A stretch of 64,000 nt of DNA from assembly GCF_038025025.1 (NCBI RefSeq), contig NW_027117344.1, positions 372,001 to 436,000 of the forward strand, in the 5' to 3' direction. The notes under the pieces are model-generated. The model saw only the letters and a program-made list of their open reading frames with translations. It was not told the origin of the DNA and made no database searches. Shown here one piece after another: positions 1-11,829 of the stretch. This stretch comes from Phyllosticta citribraziliensis (Eukaryota). How positions within the stretch are numbered: position 1 is the first letter of the stretch; each line of letters begins with the position of its first letter. A program made the translations under genes and the position numbers.

Positions 1-355
1 GGATTACAAGCCGGAGTTGGAGAGGAGGCGGGAGGAGAGAGAGAAGGAGAAGGTGGCGCGGAGAGGGCAAGAGCTGGACCGGCTGATGAAGGACATGAGT
101 GTTGGTGGTGCTTCCAACAAGGAACCAACCAAATCCAAGGGCAAGAAGAAGGCGGAACCGGAGACGGTGAGCGATATCGAAGACGAGGAAGACGAAGATA
201 TGGGGCCGCCGGAAGAGGATTCGGACGAATTCGAGGAGGACGAAGATGACGGTGGACTCCAATCAAGATATCAAAAGGCCCTCAAAGACGACCGAGACGC
301 GCATGGAGACGACATGAGCTTCGCAAGATACGTCACTCAGGCGTCTATGCGCTAG
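1..355 (+). CDS. 3' end of an unidentified protein (charged coiled-coil and acidic tail), truncated by window edge
   Basis: Frame is open from the window start to TAG at 353-355; E/K/D-rich translation; no family motif recognised. Confidence 0.6.
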   Translation, partial: DYKPELERRREEREKEKVARRGQELDRLMKDMSVGGASNKEPTKSKGKKKAEPETVSDIEDEEDEDMGPPEEDSDEFEEDEDDGGLQSRYQKALKDDRDAHGDDMSFARYVTQASMR

Positions 356-842
356 GGACTGAGAATCGGATCACGGCGTTGACGAGAAAATGATGGGTTG
401 CATGGATCGGAGTTTTGGAAGCTTTGGGTCGGCACAAGTCCACTTAGTATGGATCTCATACAAAACCACTTTCGTGGCCACTAAATTCTAGAGCCTGGTT
501 ATGGTTCAATATCAAGTTCCGTTCCTTTATGTGAATCTTCGGGTAGTCCTCGGAGACTTGTGGGTTACCTAAAACGGCCTGCTGCTACCCACGATTCGAC
601 TGCCCAAAATTTAACACCCATAGCCTTGACACTGATGATCATTCAAGTCGTTTCTCGTGCTCCAAAGACGAAGGCCATATTTCGACAATAAGTAGTTCGC
701 TGAAATTCCCCTCCGCGTCGCCTTGAACCCCGGCTCGCTTACGCTCAAGTCTTGGCGCATCCAAACTCTGGAATTTCGTCCCACGGACCACGGCGCGCGC
801 GACAACACCACCACGCCCACCGCGATACCCACGTCGACAATC

Positions 843-1995
843 ATGGCCGACCTTCTGAAAGATTCGCCGCTCCGCGCGGTGCAGGTTGAGGCCCTCGTGG
901 TCATGAAGATTATCAAGCACTGCAGCCAGGGCTTCCCTACCGTCGCGACCGGCTCGCTCGTCGGCATGGACGTCAACGGCACCCTCGAAATCACCAACAG
1001 CTTCCCTTTCCCCACCGTCGACGTTCCGGCCCAGGACAACTCCTCTCACGACAATGCCTCCAACGCGGCGGCCGCCGCTCCCCGCGCCAGGGCCAACGTT
1101 GTTTACCAGAACGAGATGATCAAGTTCCTCCGCGAGGTCAATGTCGACGCATCCAACGTTGGCTGGTACACCAGCACCAACATGGGCAACTTTGTCAACC
1201 TCAACACCATCGAAAACCAGTTCTTCTACCAAAAGGAGCTCAACGAGCGGACAGTTGCCCTGGTCCACGACGTCAGCCGGAGCTCCCAGGGCGCTCTGAG
1301 CTTGAGGGCTTTCAGACTGTCGCCTGCTTTCATGCAGTCGTACAAGGAGGGCAAATTCACGACCGAGAGGTGAGCACAAAGAATTTGAGGTCTCAAAGCA
1401 TAGCTAACGTGCTTTTAGTCTCCAGAAGAGCGGCCTCCGCTACCAGGACATTCTGGTCGAACTTCCCCTCACCGTCCACAACTCCCACCTCCTCACCTCG
1501 CTGCTCCACCAGCTTCCCTCGGCTCCTCCCAAGGACGAGCTCAAGTTCCCCTCGAACCTTGCCGAACTCAACACCGACCCCAACAAGCCCCAGGCGCCCC
1601 TTTACCCCAACTTCGACTCTCTTGAGCTCTCCATCGACCCGTTCCTCGAGAAGACCTGCGACCTGCTCCTCGACAGCATCGAGAACCACCACACCGAGCT
1701 CAACAACTACCAGTACTACCAGCGCTCGATGAGCCGCGAGCAGGCCAAGATCACGGCGTGGCAGCAGAAGCGCAAGGCGGAGAACGCGGCGCGGGTCGCG
1801 GCCAAGCAGGCGCCTCTGCCCGAGGACGAGTGGCAGCGCCTCTTCAAGCTGCCGCAGGAGCCGAGCAGGCTCGAGACGCTGCTCAACTCGAGGCAGGTGG
1901 AGCAATACAGCAGGCAGGTGGACGGCTTCACGGCGGCCGTCAGCGCCAAGATGTTTGCCGTCAAGAGCAACCTGCTCCCCGGCGAGCAAATATGA
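843..1995 (+). CDS. eIF3h: Translation initiation factor 3 subunit H (MPN/JAB domain), 2 exons
   Basis: [31 protein letters not shown] motifs; intron 1370-1418 (GTGAGC..GCTAAC..TAG) joins [16 protein letters not shown]-terminal EPSRLETLL. Confidence 0.93.
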
Positions 1996-4718
1996 GAAAA
2001 ATGAAGCGACGCGAGCGAGGGTGGACGGACAAAAGGAGGATTCTCTGTACGGGCTTGTTTGCATGGGCTTCGGCGTTGAATGAAATCGCGGCGATAGACA
2101 GGCCTGTCTCGTGGGCAGCAACAGGATTATGCCGAGGCGTCGCCTCATTGAGCGCCACGTAGAGGAGCGCGATGAGGTTAATGACATTGTCATTTTTGAG
2201 ATCGGATGCCGGCTGCCATGTGAGTTTCGCCCTGGGCTGAAGACATCACTCGGACAGGAAGCCTGCCGTGTGATTGAGGGTCGAAGTGGAATCATGAGGA
2301 AATCAATGACAGTTTTAAACCTGACTTCCCTGGAGGCTACGTGTGGCCAAGTGATGTACTTATCTCCCAAGAAGCTTACAATCATCAATCGAAAGCCTGT
2401 GGACCAGAACACTGCTTCTTTGGCCGCAAGCTTGAAGGAGGCACCTCCAGGAATCCCGCGATGTAGTTTTCGCTGGCGCTTGCCCGGGGTCTAGTCTCTT
2501 GATTCATTCGCCTTGGGATCCTCCGCTGCTGCGCCCCTCCTTTACTACAGACTGCCAATCAACACCATCATTCCTCAACGGAGCCCCTCAGCACCCCTCA
2601 GCCCAGCAAAGCTCCACTCCCCTTTTCTCTCTCGAAGCAAGTCCAACACCCGCGTCCCAAACAAAAAGACAGTTTCGAATTCTAGGTAAGATTCCGCAGC
2701 GCTAGTTGGATCGCATGGAGTGGGATGTGTAACGCCAAAGACGCATCCAAGCCTGAGTGACAGCGAAGAGGAGGGGGCAAAGAGACGCCTTTATACCTCC
2801 CGGCGGTGGCAGGTTGCACATGCTGAGAGGTCCAGGCAGACGCTGGCTACGCGTGATGGGGACTGGTTGCAGGTGCGTTGACCCCCTGGTACGAACCCCA
2901 GGTATAAAAGGCGACAGCGTCGGCGGACAAGGCTTCGACAACGAGTCGCCCACATTGGTGACCTTGAGGTCCACCTGGTCTGCCACGTAGGTACTGCGTT
3001 GTTGTTTGTTTTTTTGTTCTACTTGCTCTGTCTCGCGCGTTCGTTTTCCTCAGTCTTACTGTCACCACCTGCACTTCTGTTTGAATTTCTACCGCTGTGG
3101 TTCTTCGTTCACCGAATATCCTTGCAATCATTATGCTGCCACAGTGCTGACGTCCTCCATCACTGCGTATCGGAGCTCCTAGCTTGCTCTCTGGCCCTGA
3201 AATTGCTCTGCCGCTGCAAACACCGCGAGCAAGGCGCCCAGGAAGTGCATTCTGCCGGTTTGAGATAATTCAAGTTGGTAGGCCTTCCAGGTCAGCAGAG
3301 TTCGAAGGTCTCTGCAGTGGAAGCCGTGAAGAAAAAGTTGGCGAGAGAGACGGGGGTTTTATACACGGCAGAATCACCGCACAGACAGACTTTTTGGCGT
3401 CACGAGAAGCTGAGCTGCACATGCAGACGAGAAGCAAGCCATGTGAAAAGGGACCCCATGGCCTAGCTAGCCGTACGTCAGAAAGACCGGCCATGTGAAG
3501 CCGCCCTCCTGGATATAAAGACCACGCTCCCCGGAGGGTTGGTTTGCTCGACAACGACAATGCCCTGGTGTGGACTGTCGACGCACCATGGATCAACTAC
3601 TGGGTGGCCAAAGATCCAATCTTCTACTACTGCTTGGTCTTGGTTCCTCGGCTTCTCAGCTTTTTTGTCCGCCGTCTACTGAACATTTGCAATTTTCACG
3701 ACTGAGATGTTCGGATGAAGCGCATCATCACTCAGTCTTGACGTTAATCCACAGCATTGACGAACAATGAGCAAGACTAGAAAAAGATGGAACGATGGCC
3801 ATGGCACACAGCCAGAACTGACCGACCAAGACGCAGAAAACAAAAGTCGATGCTTGGGTCAGATTGGCAGACCCAGTCAATCAGGAGGAAAAGTTGTGTC
3901 CCTGTACGACCTTCGAGGCTCTTCACTGCCAATGAAAAGGAGGACAAGGAGGCAGAGTAGAGTCCCTTTTATACTCAAGAGCCAGGACTTTCACGAGCCG
4001 AGCATGCTAGCAGTGTCTGCCTACTCGCTGGCACCGCACTCGTGCGAAGAGGTCAGCAGTCTCGCCATTGCTTGTGACTGTCAGATTCTGGTAGCCGGTG
4101 TCGACTGCGCTTGTGATTGAGTCTTCTGTGGTGGTATAAAAAAGCCGCCGTCGCCGCCTCTGAGCACTCCTGTCCAAGGCCTTGCGATCTGACGACGAGA
4201 ACCAAACCGTGTTGGTAAGGCACTGATCTCTTGCATCATCCAAATACTGTGGGAGACTCTTTTGCGCGGCGCGGCGTGCCGTGTGCGCTCAATCCTTACC
4301 CCTTTTCCATTTACCGATCCACACCATTTCCCAGCTTCAACCTACATCACCAGCACCCCTCAACACCCCACATCACCATCCCACAACACAGCCCCCCATC
4401 ATCACCCACTCCCTCCCTTACCCTCCCACTCCCACTTCCACTCCCACTCATCAAAACACAAAGAACCCCCCACCAGCGCAGAACAGACACAGTGTACCTA
4501 GCCCATCAATGTGCAGCCAATAAGTCCTCTGCGCACGTAGAAGCATGCGGGAAGTGTGTTGGCGAGGAAGAGTGGTGCGGAGGGGTGCGTGTTTTATATG
4601 GCGGAGTCGTGGCGCGGCATGGGAGGCGCACGTGGAGCGGAGAGGGACGGAGGCACGGGGGATGGGGATGGTGGATGGTGGATGATGCGCCTCTTTCTTT
4701 TTGGTGGAGAGGAAGGGT

Positions 4719-4866
4719 GAGATGGGGGAGCATTCGTGCGTTGAGGCAGAGAGAGGGAGATGGAGGAGCGTTCGTATGTGGAGGGGAGAGGATGAGATGG
4801 AGGAGCGTTCGTGCACCGAGGCAGAGGGGGGAGATAGAGGAGCATTCATACTCTGAGGGAGAGAAG
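4719..4866. repeat. Purine-rich minisatellite, 4 x ~37 bp with ABAB higher-order structure
   Basis: Units begin at 4719, 4757, 4794 and 4831 with core GAGATRGRGGAGCRTTCRT; units 1/3 and 2/4 share their variable halves. Confidence 0.8.
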
Positions 4867-5063
4867 GGGACAGGGGAAGGAATGCTCCTCGTGTTCCGCC
4901 GTGGTGGTGACATTGTAAAGATCATGAATCTCTACCTACCTATCTTAAAATGCACACCTCTCTTCCTCTCTTCCTGTCTCTACCATCTACTACCACCTAC
5001 TCCCCCACCGCATCCTATGCCAATGCACCACGCCCACCACAACAAACACCGAGAAAAGATAAT

Positions 5064-8000
5064 CTACAATAAATCATCATCGTCATCCCAGCCCAGCGCC
5101 TTATACACATCGACGTCTCCCCTAGCCTCCTCTTCCACCTCCTCCACCTCTTCCACTACTCCACCAAAATGCCTCACTTCTGCTCTGCCAGACAACCCGC
5201 TCTTAACCGGCGTCTCGACAACGGCGGCATGCCCCGTTGCCATACTCGTGCCCCCGCCCCCGCTCCCGCCCCCATTCACGCCAACGACATCGACCTCATC
5301 CCCCTCATCTTCCTCGTCTTCGTCCTCACTATCCCGAATCTCCCTCAACACACCGCCGCGGCCGGCCGTCGTATCTCTCCCAGCCGCAGCCGCAGCCGTC
5401 ATCTTCGGCTTCGTAGGCGTAGCAAACACAACGCCGCCCGACGACGACGCTGCCGACGCACCCAGCGGCGCAGGCGGCAGCGGCGGCAGCTTGAACGGCT
5501 GGTGAGCGGAGGAACTTGACCCAGCGCCGACGCCGACGCGACCGACGAGGCGGTCGGCGAAGCTGGGGATGGGCGGGTGAGGGCGCTGGTGGTGCGGCTG
5601 GGGGGAGGAGATGTAGGAGGGAGGCGGGGTTGCGACTGGAGCGCTGACGTCGCTGGCGGACGTGGCGGCGAAGGAGACGGATTTGGGTTTGGCTTTGGGT
5701 CGTGAGGGGGTAGCGAGGACGGCGGGCATGGCGGTGGACGCGGCGGACGCAGCGTGGTGCGGTGGCGGAGGAAAGGGGTTGTCGAGTCTACTGGTACTTT
5801 CTGAGAGAGAAGAATGGAAAGGCGCAGAAGTGGCAGACAGAGAGGAGCGCGACGAGTCCATCAAATGAGGCGGTACAGCGCTAGGCCGGACGGCCGAAGA
5901 GGGGACGACGGTGTCGGACGACGGCGGCGGCACGGCAAACGGGTTGTCAAAGTGCATGAAGGTGCCGGCGAGCTGGTGCGTGGTCTGGTCGCGCGGGTCC
6001 ACCACGTACGAGCGGTTGTGCGTCGGCGTCGCGTCGACGAGGTGGTCGCTGGTCCGGCGAGGCTTCTTGGGCGTCGCGCCCACCTGCACCTTGTCCGCCT
6101 CCTTGAGCCTGCCGCTCGTTGTCGACTTGACGGCCGACTTCTTGGTCAGGCCGGGTCGCGTGCTCCCGGCCAACATCTTGCGGTCCGTCGAGTCGGCATA
6201 CTCCTTGACTGCCGACGCCCGGTTTGGCTTGGACAGGGTGGAAATGGCTTCCTTGAGTTCGCGCGCTATGCGCTCCTTCTTCTTGATCTTCGCTTCCGTG
6301 GCTGCGCTCATTTCCTGCAGGTCGATTTCGCGCTTGGCGAAGCGCTGGAACTGGGACAGAGAGTTGCGGCTCGAGGGTGGTGGGGCTGATTTCAGGGGTA
6401 TGGAAGAGAGGCTGACCTCGCTGCTCTCGCGCTTGAAGACGGGACCAGCAATGGCCGAGTCAGTTGCTGAACGTGATAATGATGGAGCACGCGAGGGCGG
6501 TCTGGTTGCATTCTCGGTTGCCACGCGCTGGAGCGGTTTGCGTCGACGCTGGGCGGAGCGGGGATCTGTTCGTGTCGTTGCTTCTCCGGGTTTGCTTCGA
6601 CTGCTAGATGAGGTCGTGGCTTTGGAGGGCGAAGCGCTGGGACCGCCGAGACGTTTGTTGATGGCTGCGGCCTTCTCTGGAAGTCTTCCCATGTAGCTTT
6701 GCAATGTTAGAAGTGATTCAACTCGGACAATTTAAGCACTCACAATGGAATGATGACTTCGACGCAAAAGCTCCTCAGTTTATCTGAAGTACCAGCCTTT
6801 GTCGAATTTGGCGTCTCTGCAGCAGCAGTACCTCCTTGGCCCGACTTTGAAATCTTGACCAACATCTCGTCCTGCTCCACAGACTGCCAAATGCATAGCT
6901 TATCCAGGAGCAAGTCGAGCAAGACGTGCAAATCTTGCAGCTTCTTCTTCCGCCTCTTCTTCTCTGGTTGCTGCGAGTCGACTTGTGTTTCTTGCTGCGT
7001 CTCGTCCTGATCCACAGCCTGGAATCCCGGACTCGCCTCGAGCGCCAGAATCTCCAGCACAAGAACGAGTTGAGCCATCGACTCGCGGACGCGCAGATCC
7101 CCGACTTTCCTTTTGAACATGTCCTGCGATGATTCTTCAGGGTGGCTTCCAGGCGACGAGGGAAAGTCTCTGATCCACCACTGCTTCACGTACTCGTCTT
7201 CTCCTGGATACATGCCCTCCTTATTCGGCTTCATCTTTTTAGACCTGCCCTTCTTCTTCTTTTCGGGCCGCTGCGCAGCAGCAGTGTCCTCATCATCGGA
7301 GAAGCCAGGCAGGGGCAACTCTTTAACAATATCCGGTATCTTCTCCCGATACTTTTTGTCGACTTGTCCCAGCTGCAGTAATATTGAACGGAAAAATGCT
7401 GCCAGCTCCCCCACCTTGAGCGTGCCGTTGCCGTCGTTCGACGTAAAGGCGGCTCGCGCTCGTGACAGAGGTCCCTTGACGAAAAAGGCCAGCGACGTCT
7501 TGGACAGGTACAGCATGTCCAGGTATTGCTGTACAAGCGCCTGAAACACTTCTTCTGCCGTCTGCGGTCGTTCTAGCTGAGAGTCTGGGCCGTCGACAGC
7601 CATGGACTCTGCAAATGGATCCTGCGGCTGCGTCTCGACAAAAGGGTCATCCACAGGGGCATTCTGCACCTCCTTCGACAGCGCGTTTGGCTTTGGCCGT
7701 CCCATCGACAGACGCGGCGCTCTTTCCGTCCTCTTCCCAACCTTGATGTCGGGCTGTTGGTCTGCAATGGCAGCGCCGGCCCACCAGGCACCGCCATTTC
7801 CATAATTCAGCGCCTTTTTCGGATTGGCATATTGACTCTGCGGTCGAGTACGAGCACTTGCTTGCTCCAAGTCTTCCACCTTGACCCAATGGCCGAGCTT
7901 GCACAGCGCGTACACGCCTCTCCGCACCCGTTCCACCGCAAATAGCGTCGTGGATCCCTGGAGCCGCGTAATGAGCACTTTCGGGCTCTCGAACCCAGCC

Positions 8001-8453
8001 CCATTCTCCCGTGCCGTCGCGTCCTCGCCCAGCGGCTTTGGCTCGAGAGCTTCAATGTGCGCGGAAAACAAGCGGGCGGACCCCGGCGTGGGCGGCGAAA
8101 GGTCGAGACACGAGAGGGGCAGCTGCGCGCGCTGAATCACCACGAGCGGCGTAAGAATGGTCGGTCTATCCAACGGGGCGGTTGGACATGGCTGTTGTGT
8201 TCGCGCCGAGCATTAGCGTTTTCTTCTCCACTGCGAGACCAGGTGAACGCACCCGGATAGTAATAGCCCTCTGGGCAAACGCCGCCGATGATTCCTGGCC
8301 CCTCTTCCGCTTCCTCGAGTCCAAGCTATGCGCCGTGGTTCCAGGTTGGCGGGTGGAGGTTGCGGCGTCGCGTGCGCCGGCGGCGGCCGTCTTGGCGAGT
8401 GGTGGGTTTTGCGCGGCTTTGGTATAAATGCTTTGCTCATGAGCAGACACCAT
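5064..8453 (-). CDS. SLD3: DNA replication regulator Sld3 (Treslin-like), 3 exons
   Basis: LKVRE-like 'LRVRESMAQLVLVLEILALE', 'LLLDKLCIWQS' and 'FCVEVIIPFY..RLP' Sld3 core; introns 8192-8252 and 6697-6743 restore the frame; long S/T-P-rich C-terminus. Confidence 0.8.
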
Positions 8454-8767
8454 AATGTGCCAGGTGGTGGGGAGCGTGCTTCGAGCCGGGCATGGCTCAA
8501 TTAATGTATCGTGGGTTGGGTGGTGGGACACGGCGCGTGGAGAAGCGACTTGGGGTTGCGGCGCGTCGAGAAGCGCGCTTGGTGGACCAGACGGCACCAT
8601 ATCCCTGGCGATACGTCACTGCACTCCGCATCCACGAATGGAGAAATGGTTTAGCAGTAGTGTACAGACACCTTGACATTCGAGAGAATACAGTTTGATT
8701 CATTCAATTGATGCTATTGTTGCCTTTTTTGGTTCATGCAATGCATAGTTCAATCCCCTCGCCACAC

Positions 8768-11109
8768 CTAAATGTACTCCCTCTCCGCATAGCTCTGAAT
8801 CATGCCTTCGTTCGTCGCCTCATACTCCTTCAGCGTCACCTTACCACCTTCCACCACAGTGTTTGCCTGCACAAACACCTTTCTCGGCTGCTTCTTGGCC
8901 AACACGACCGGTCTGATCTTGCCGGCGTAGAAGTCGTCGACGTGAGTAATGGCCTCGTACATCTTGGAACCCGCTTCAATATCAGCTGTCGCTTTGAGGA
9001 CGTGCAGCTCCTGGAGGTACTTTTCGACCGCTGGCCGACCGTGGCTGAGAATCTTGCTTCTCTCGAGGCGGATCGTCAAGTCTGACAAGTCGTCCTGGCT
9101 GTACTCAAGTTCGCAAAACTCCTTGCCAGCCTTCAGGAAGGTACGCAGGATCGAAAAGCGAGCCTGCATGTGTGCCTGTCCCCATTTGCGAGACTTGGGG
9201 TCCCAGAACTCAAGCGCGGCGACACCTGCGCGCGCCATGCTGAGATAACCGGCGTACAGAACATCTCCAGCAGGGCCGTCGAGGTCAATCTCACCGTCGC
9301 CGAAACCGAAAATTTTGAGAATATCAAAGTCGCAGGAGAGAGCCATAGCAACACACTCAGCGCGGCACTCTTCGTAGCTACCAGCCAGAGAGCCAAAGAC
9401 CGAGCCCCACGTTTGTCCAGGCTTATACCACTTGGTAACAGGCTTTCCAGTAAGAGGGTTGACGGGAGGATTCTTTATGTCGAAGTTGTACTGCCCAGGG
9501 GCAGTCTCTTGGAGAAGCTTGCCACAGCCGTGGCCGAGAAGCTCATGGAGGCCGACTTGCACCTCGAATGCATCGTCGCGGCATCGCTGGTAGACATCCA
9601 TGTCGCTGTCCTTAATGAACGGAATGGGCTCGTTTGGAGGTTTGGCAGACAAGACGTTGCCCAAGCTCACGTTCTTGAATCCCGCGGTTTGGCGAATGTC
9701 ATCGTAGTTGGGGATGTTGATTCCAGCAGGAATACTGATAATTGTTAGTGCAGCAAATGTTGAGGATGCCGAGACTGCTTACCCGCTGCCAGCAAAAGTC
9801 AGGACCTCGAGGGAAGTAAAGTCGGGGCTGAGGAAGTTGTCCTTTTCAAATTCTGTGCTCCAAGGAAGACGAGGGATGAGCGTGGGAGCCTTCTCAACCA
9901 GCTCACCAAAGGCACGCGTCCTCTCTTTGTTTACCATGGCTACAAAGCCCTCCCACTCGCCACGAATACCATGAGGGTCGCGGTAGGTCTCGACGAAGCC
10001 AATGTCGGTTTCAACTGGAGGACCCTTGTTTCTGATCCAATATCTCTGACTCTCCTTGTATGCCTCGAGCGAGCCCGTAACAAACGACTTTTCGTACGCG
10101 ATGAGCATCGACTTTTCAGTTTCATTGCCAGCGTACTGACGAGCGCTCTTGATGGCATCGGCGATGGTGGCCATCTCTCTCGAGTAGTCGCCGTACACCA
10201 GCCGGAGCTTCTTGCCCTTGAGCTTACCATCCAATTCCCACTCCGACTCGGAAATGTCGCGCTCGACCTTGGAGGGCTCCCGCGCGGAAGCAATCAGGAC
10301 CTCAAAGCCATCCTTGGTCTTTCTGACACGCGTGTTTTCGGGAAGCAGCTTCTTGCCCTCCAAAAAGTCACTGATGGTGGAGATTTCCTCCTTGGTAATG
10401 TCAGGCGAATCGGGGTAGTACGTCGAAATGTGTCCCTGGTCGGGGTAGCCCAGGTGGAGCTTGGCTACGCTGTTTCCGGCGTAGATGGCGTCCTGAAACT
10501 TTTCATGGAGCTTCAGAGTCTCGGGCGTCAGCGTGGCCAAGGCCTTGAGCTGTCTAGGCTCAAGCCTGGGGACGAACTTGGAGTCGCCAAAGCTCTTGTA
10601 GTTTCCGGCATTGCCTAGGAACTGGGCAGAGTAGTCAAGAAAAGCCTTGAGCTCGTCGTCGGAGAGGCCTGCGTCGGTTTGGAGCTTCTTCCAGTCTCCC
10701 TTGGCATGGCGATGCAGTGCGATGATGAAGTCGTAAATGTGCTCGGATTCGGGGCTGACCTGGCGGAGGACGATGCGTGTTCCTGCGTAGCATGCTCTGG
10801 GTTAAGTCAGCAGGGGAAGCAATTACAGCTCCACGGGTCGGACCATGGTCAGAGCGTGAACGAGTACAATCAAAGCAATGGCACGCTCAGGGTCAGGGTT
10901 CGCATGGACGCTTCTCCTGCTCCTTTTTCAAGGGAGGCGGCCACGCGACGGGCAGGGAGGTGACGGGATGCGGGGTATGCTAACATGGAGAGGTAGTGGG
11001 CGTAGAGCTTCTGGTCGTCATTGAGGGCTTCAAAGTGAGGCTTGATGGCCAGAGGCACGACGGTGGGAGGGCTGTCGGCCAGATAGTGCTTGACGACGTC
11101 TTGGTCCAT
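8768..11109 (-). CDS. DPP3: Dipeptidyl peptidase III (peptidase M49), 3 exons
   Basis: HELLGH and EECRAE zinc motifs; GFVETYRDPHG; introns 10797-10984 and ~9734-9783. Confidence 0.95.
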
Positions 11110-11829
11110 GGTTGGAGAGGGATGATTGGTGATGGTGGCGGTGGAAGAGTTGCGGCGGGGTTCAAGGAGCGGTAGTGGCAGCGGGACGCGCTTCACGGGA
11201 GAGGTAGTGGTCAGGATCCAATGTCTCTTGGCGAGGGGGGTTCCCTTTGTTGTGGGCGCCCGTCAGACATACAATTGCAGAGCCAGAGCGACACAAGCGA
11301 TTGTCACGGCCGCATGCAGAGACGGCGCCTCTCGTGATGTGGCGCGTAGAGGTGGTGGTAGTGTACACGCCTGTAGATGAGGCACCACGCCAGCTGTTCA
11401 AGCCACCAGAGGCCGGGCGCAAGCTTGCACCCGCAGTCGCCCAAGAGCGCAGAGGCAGGCGGCGCGGGAGAGTCCTCCAGGTCATGGATGGCTAATGAGG
11501 CAATCAATTGGTTCGAATTAGCTGGAGAGACTTGACACAGGCCTGGGAGAATGTTTTCTTGCCGAGCGGGCGCAGCGGGCAGTTGATGATGATTGGCCGA
11601 CGGCGACGCCAATTGTTTTTGGACTGGGTTGGGTTCGGCACAGACCACAACACCGCACTCTTTCCTCCACACCGACCACCTGCGCCCTCCCAGCTCCTTC
11701 TCCTCTTCCCATCACAACCTGACCTGAACCTTTCCTTCAACCCGACTCCTCCCAACCACAACCCACCTCCAGTCTCTCCAGCCCGTCCATCCTCCATCTT
11801 AGCTTCAATCCCACCCGCAGTCCTCCACC

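Noticed and set aside
4719..4866. CRISPR-like repeat/spacer pattern
   Set aside because: The spacers are similar to each other in pairs, the context is eukaryotic and there are no cas genes; it is a minisatellite.
4231..5505. 424-aa + strand ORF
   Set aside because: TTG start; it runs through low-complexity repeats and antisense to SLD3, with no coherent protein.
11495..11530. GGTTCGAA tRNA T-loop-like motif
   Set aside because: No T-stem, acceptor stem or D-arm can be formed.
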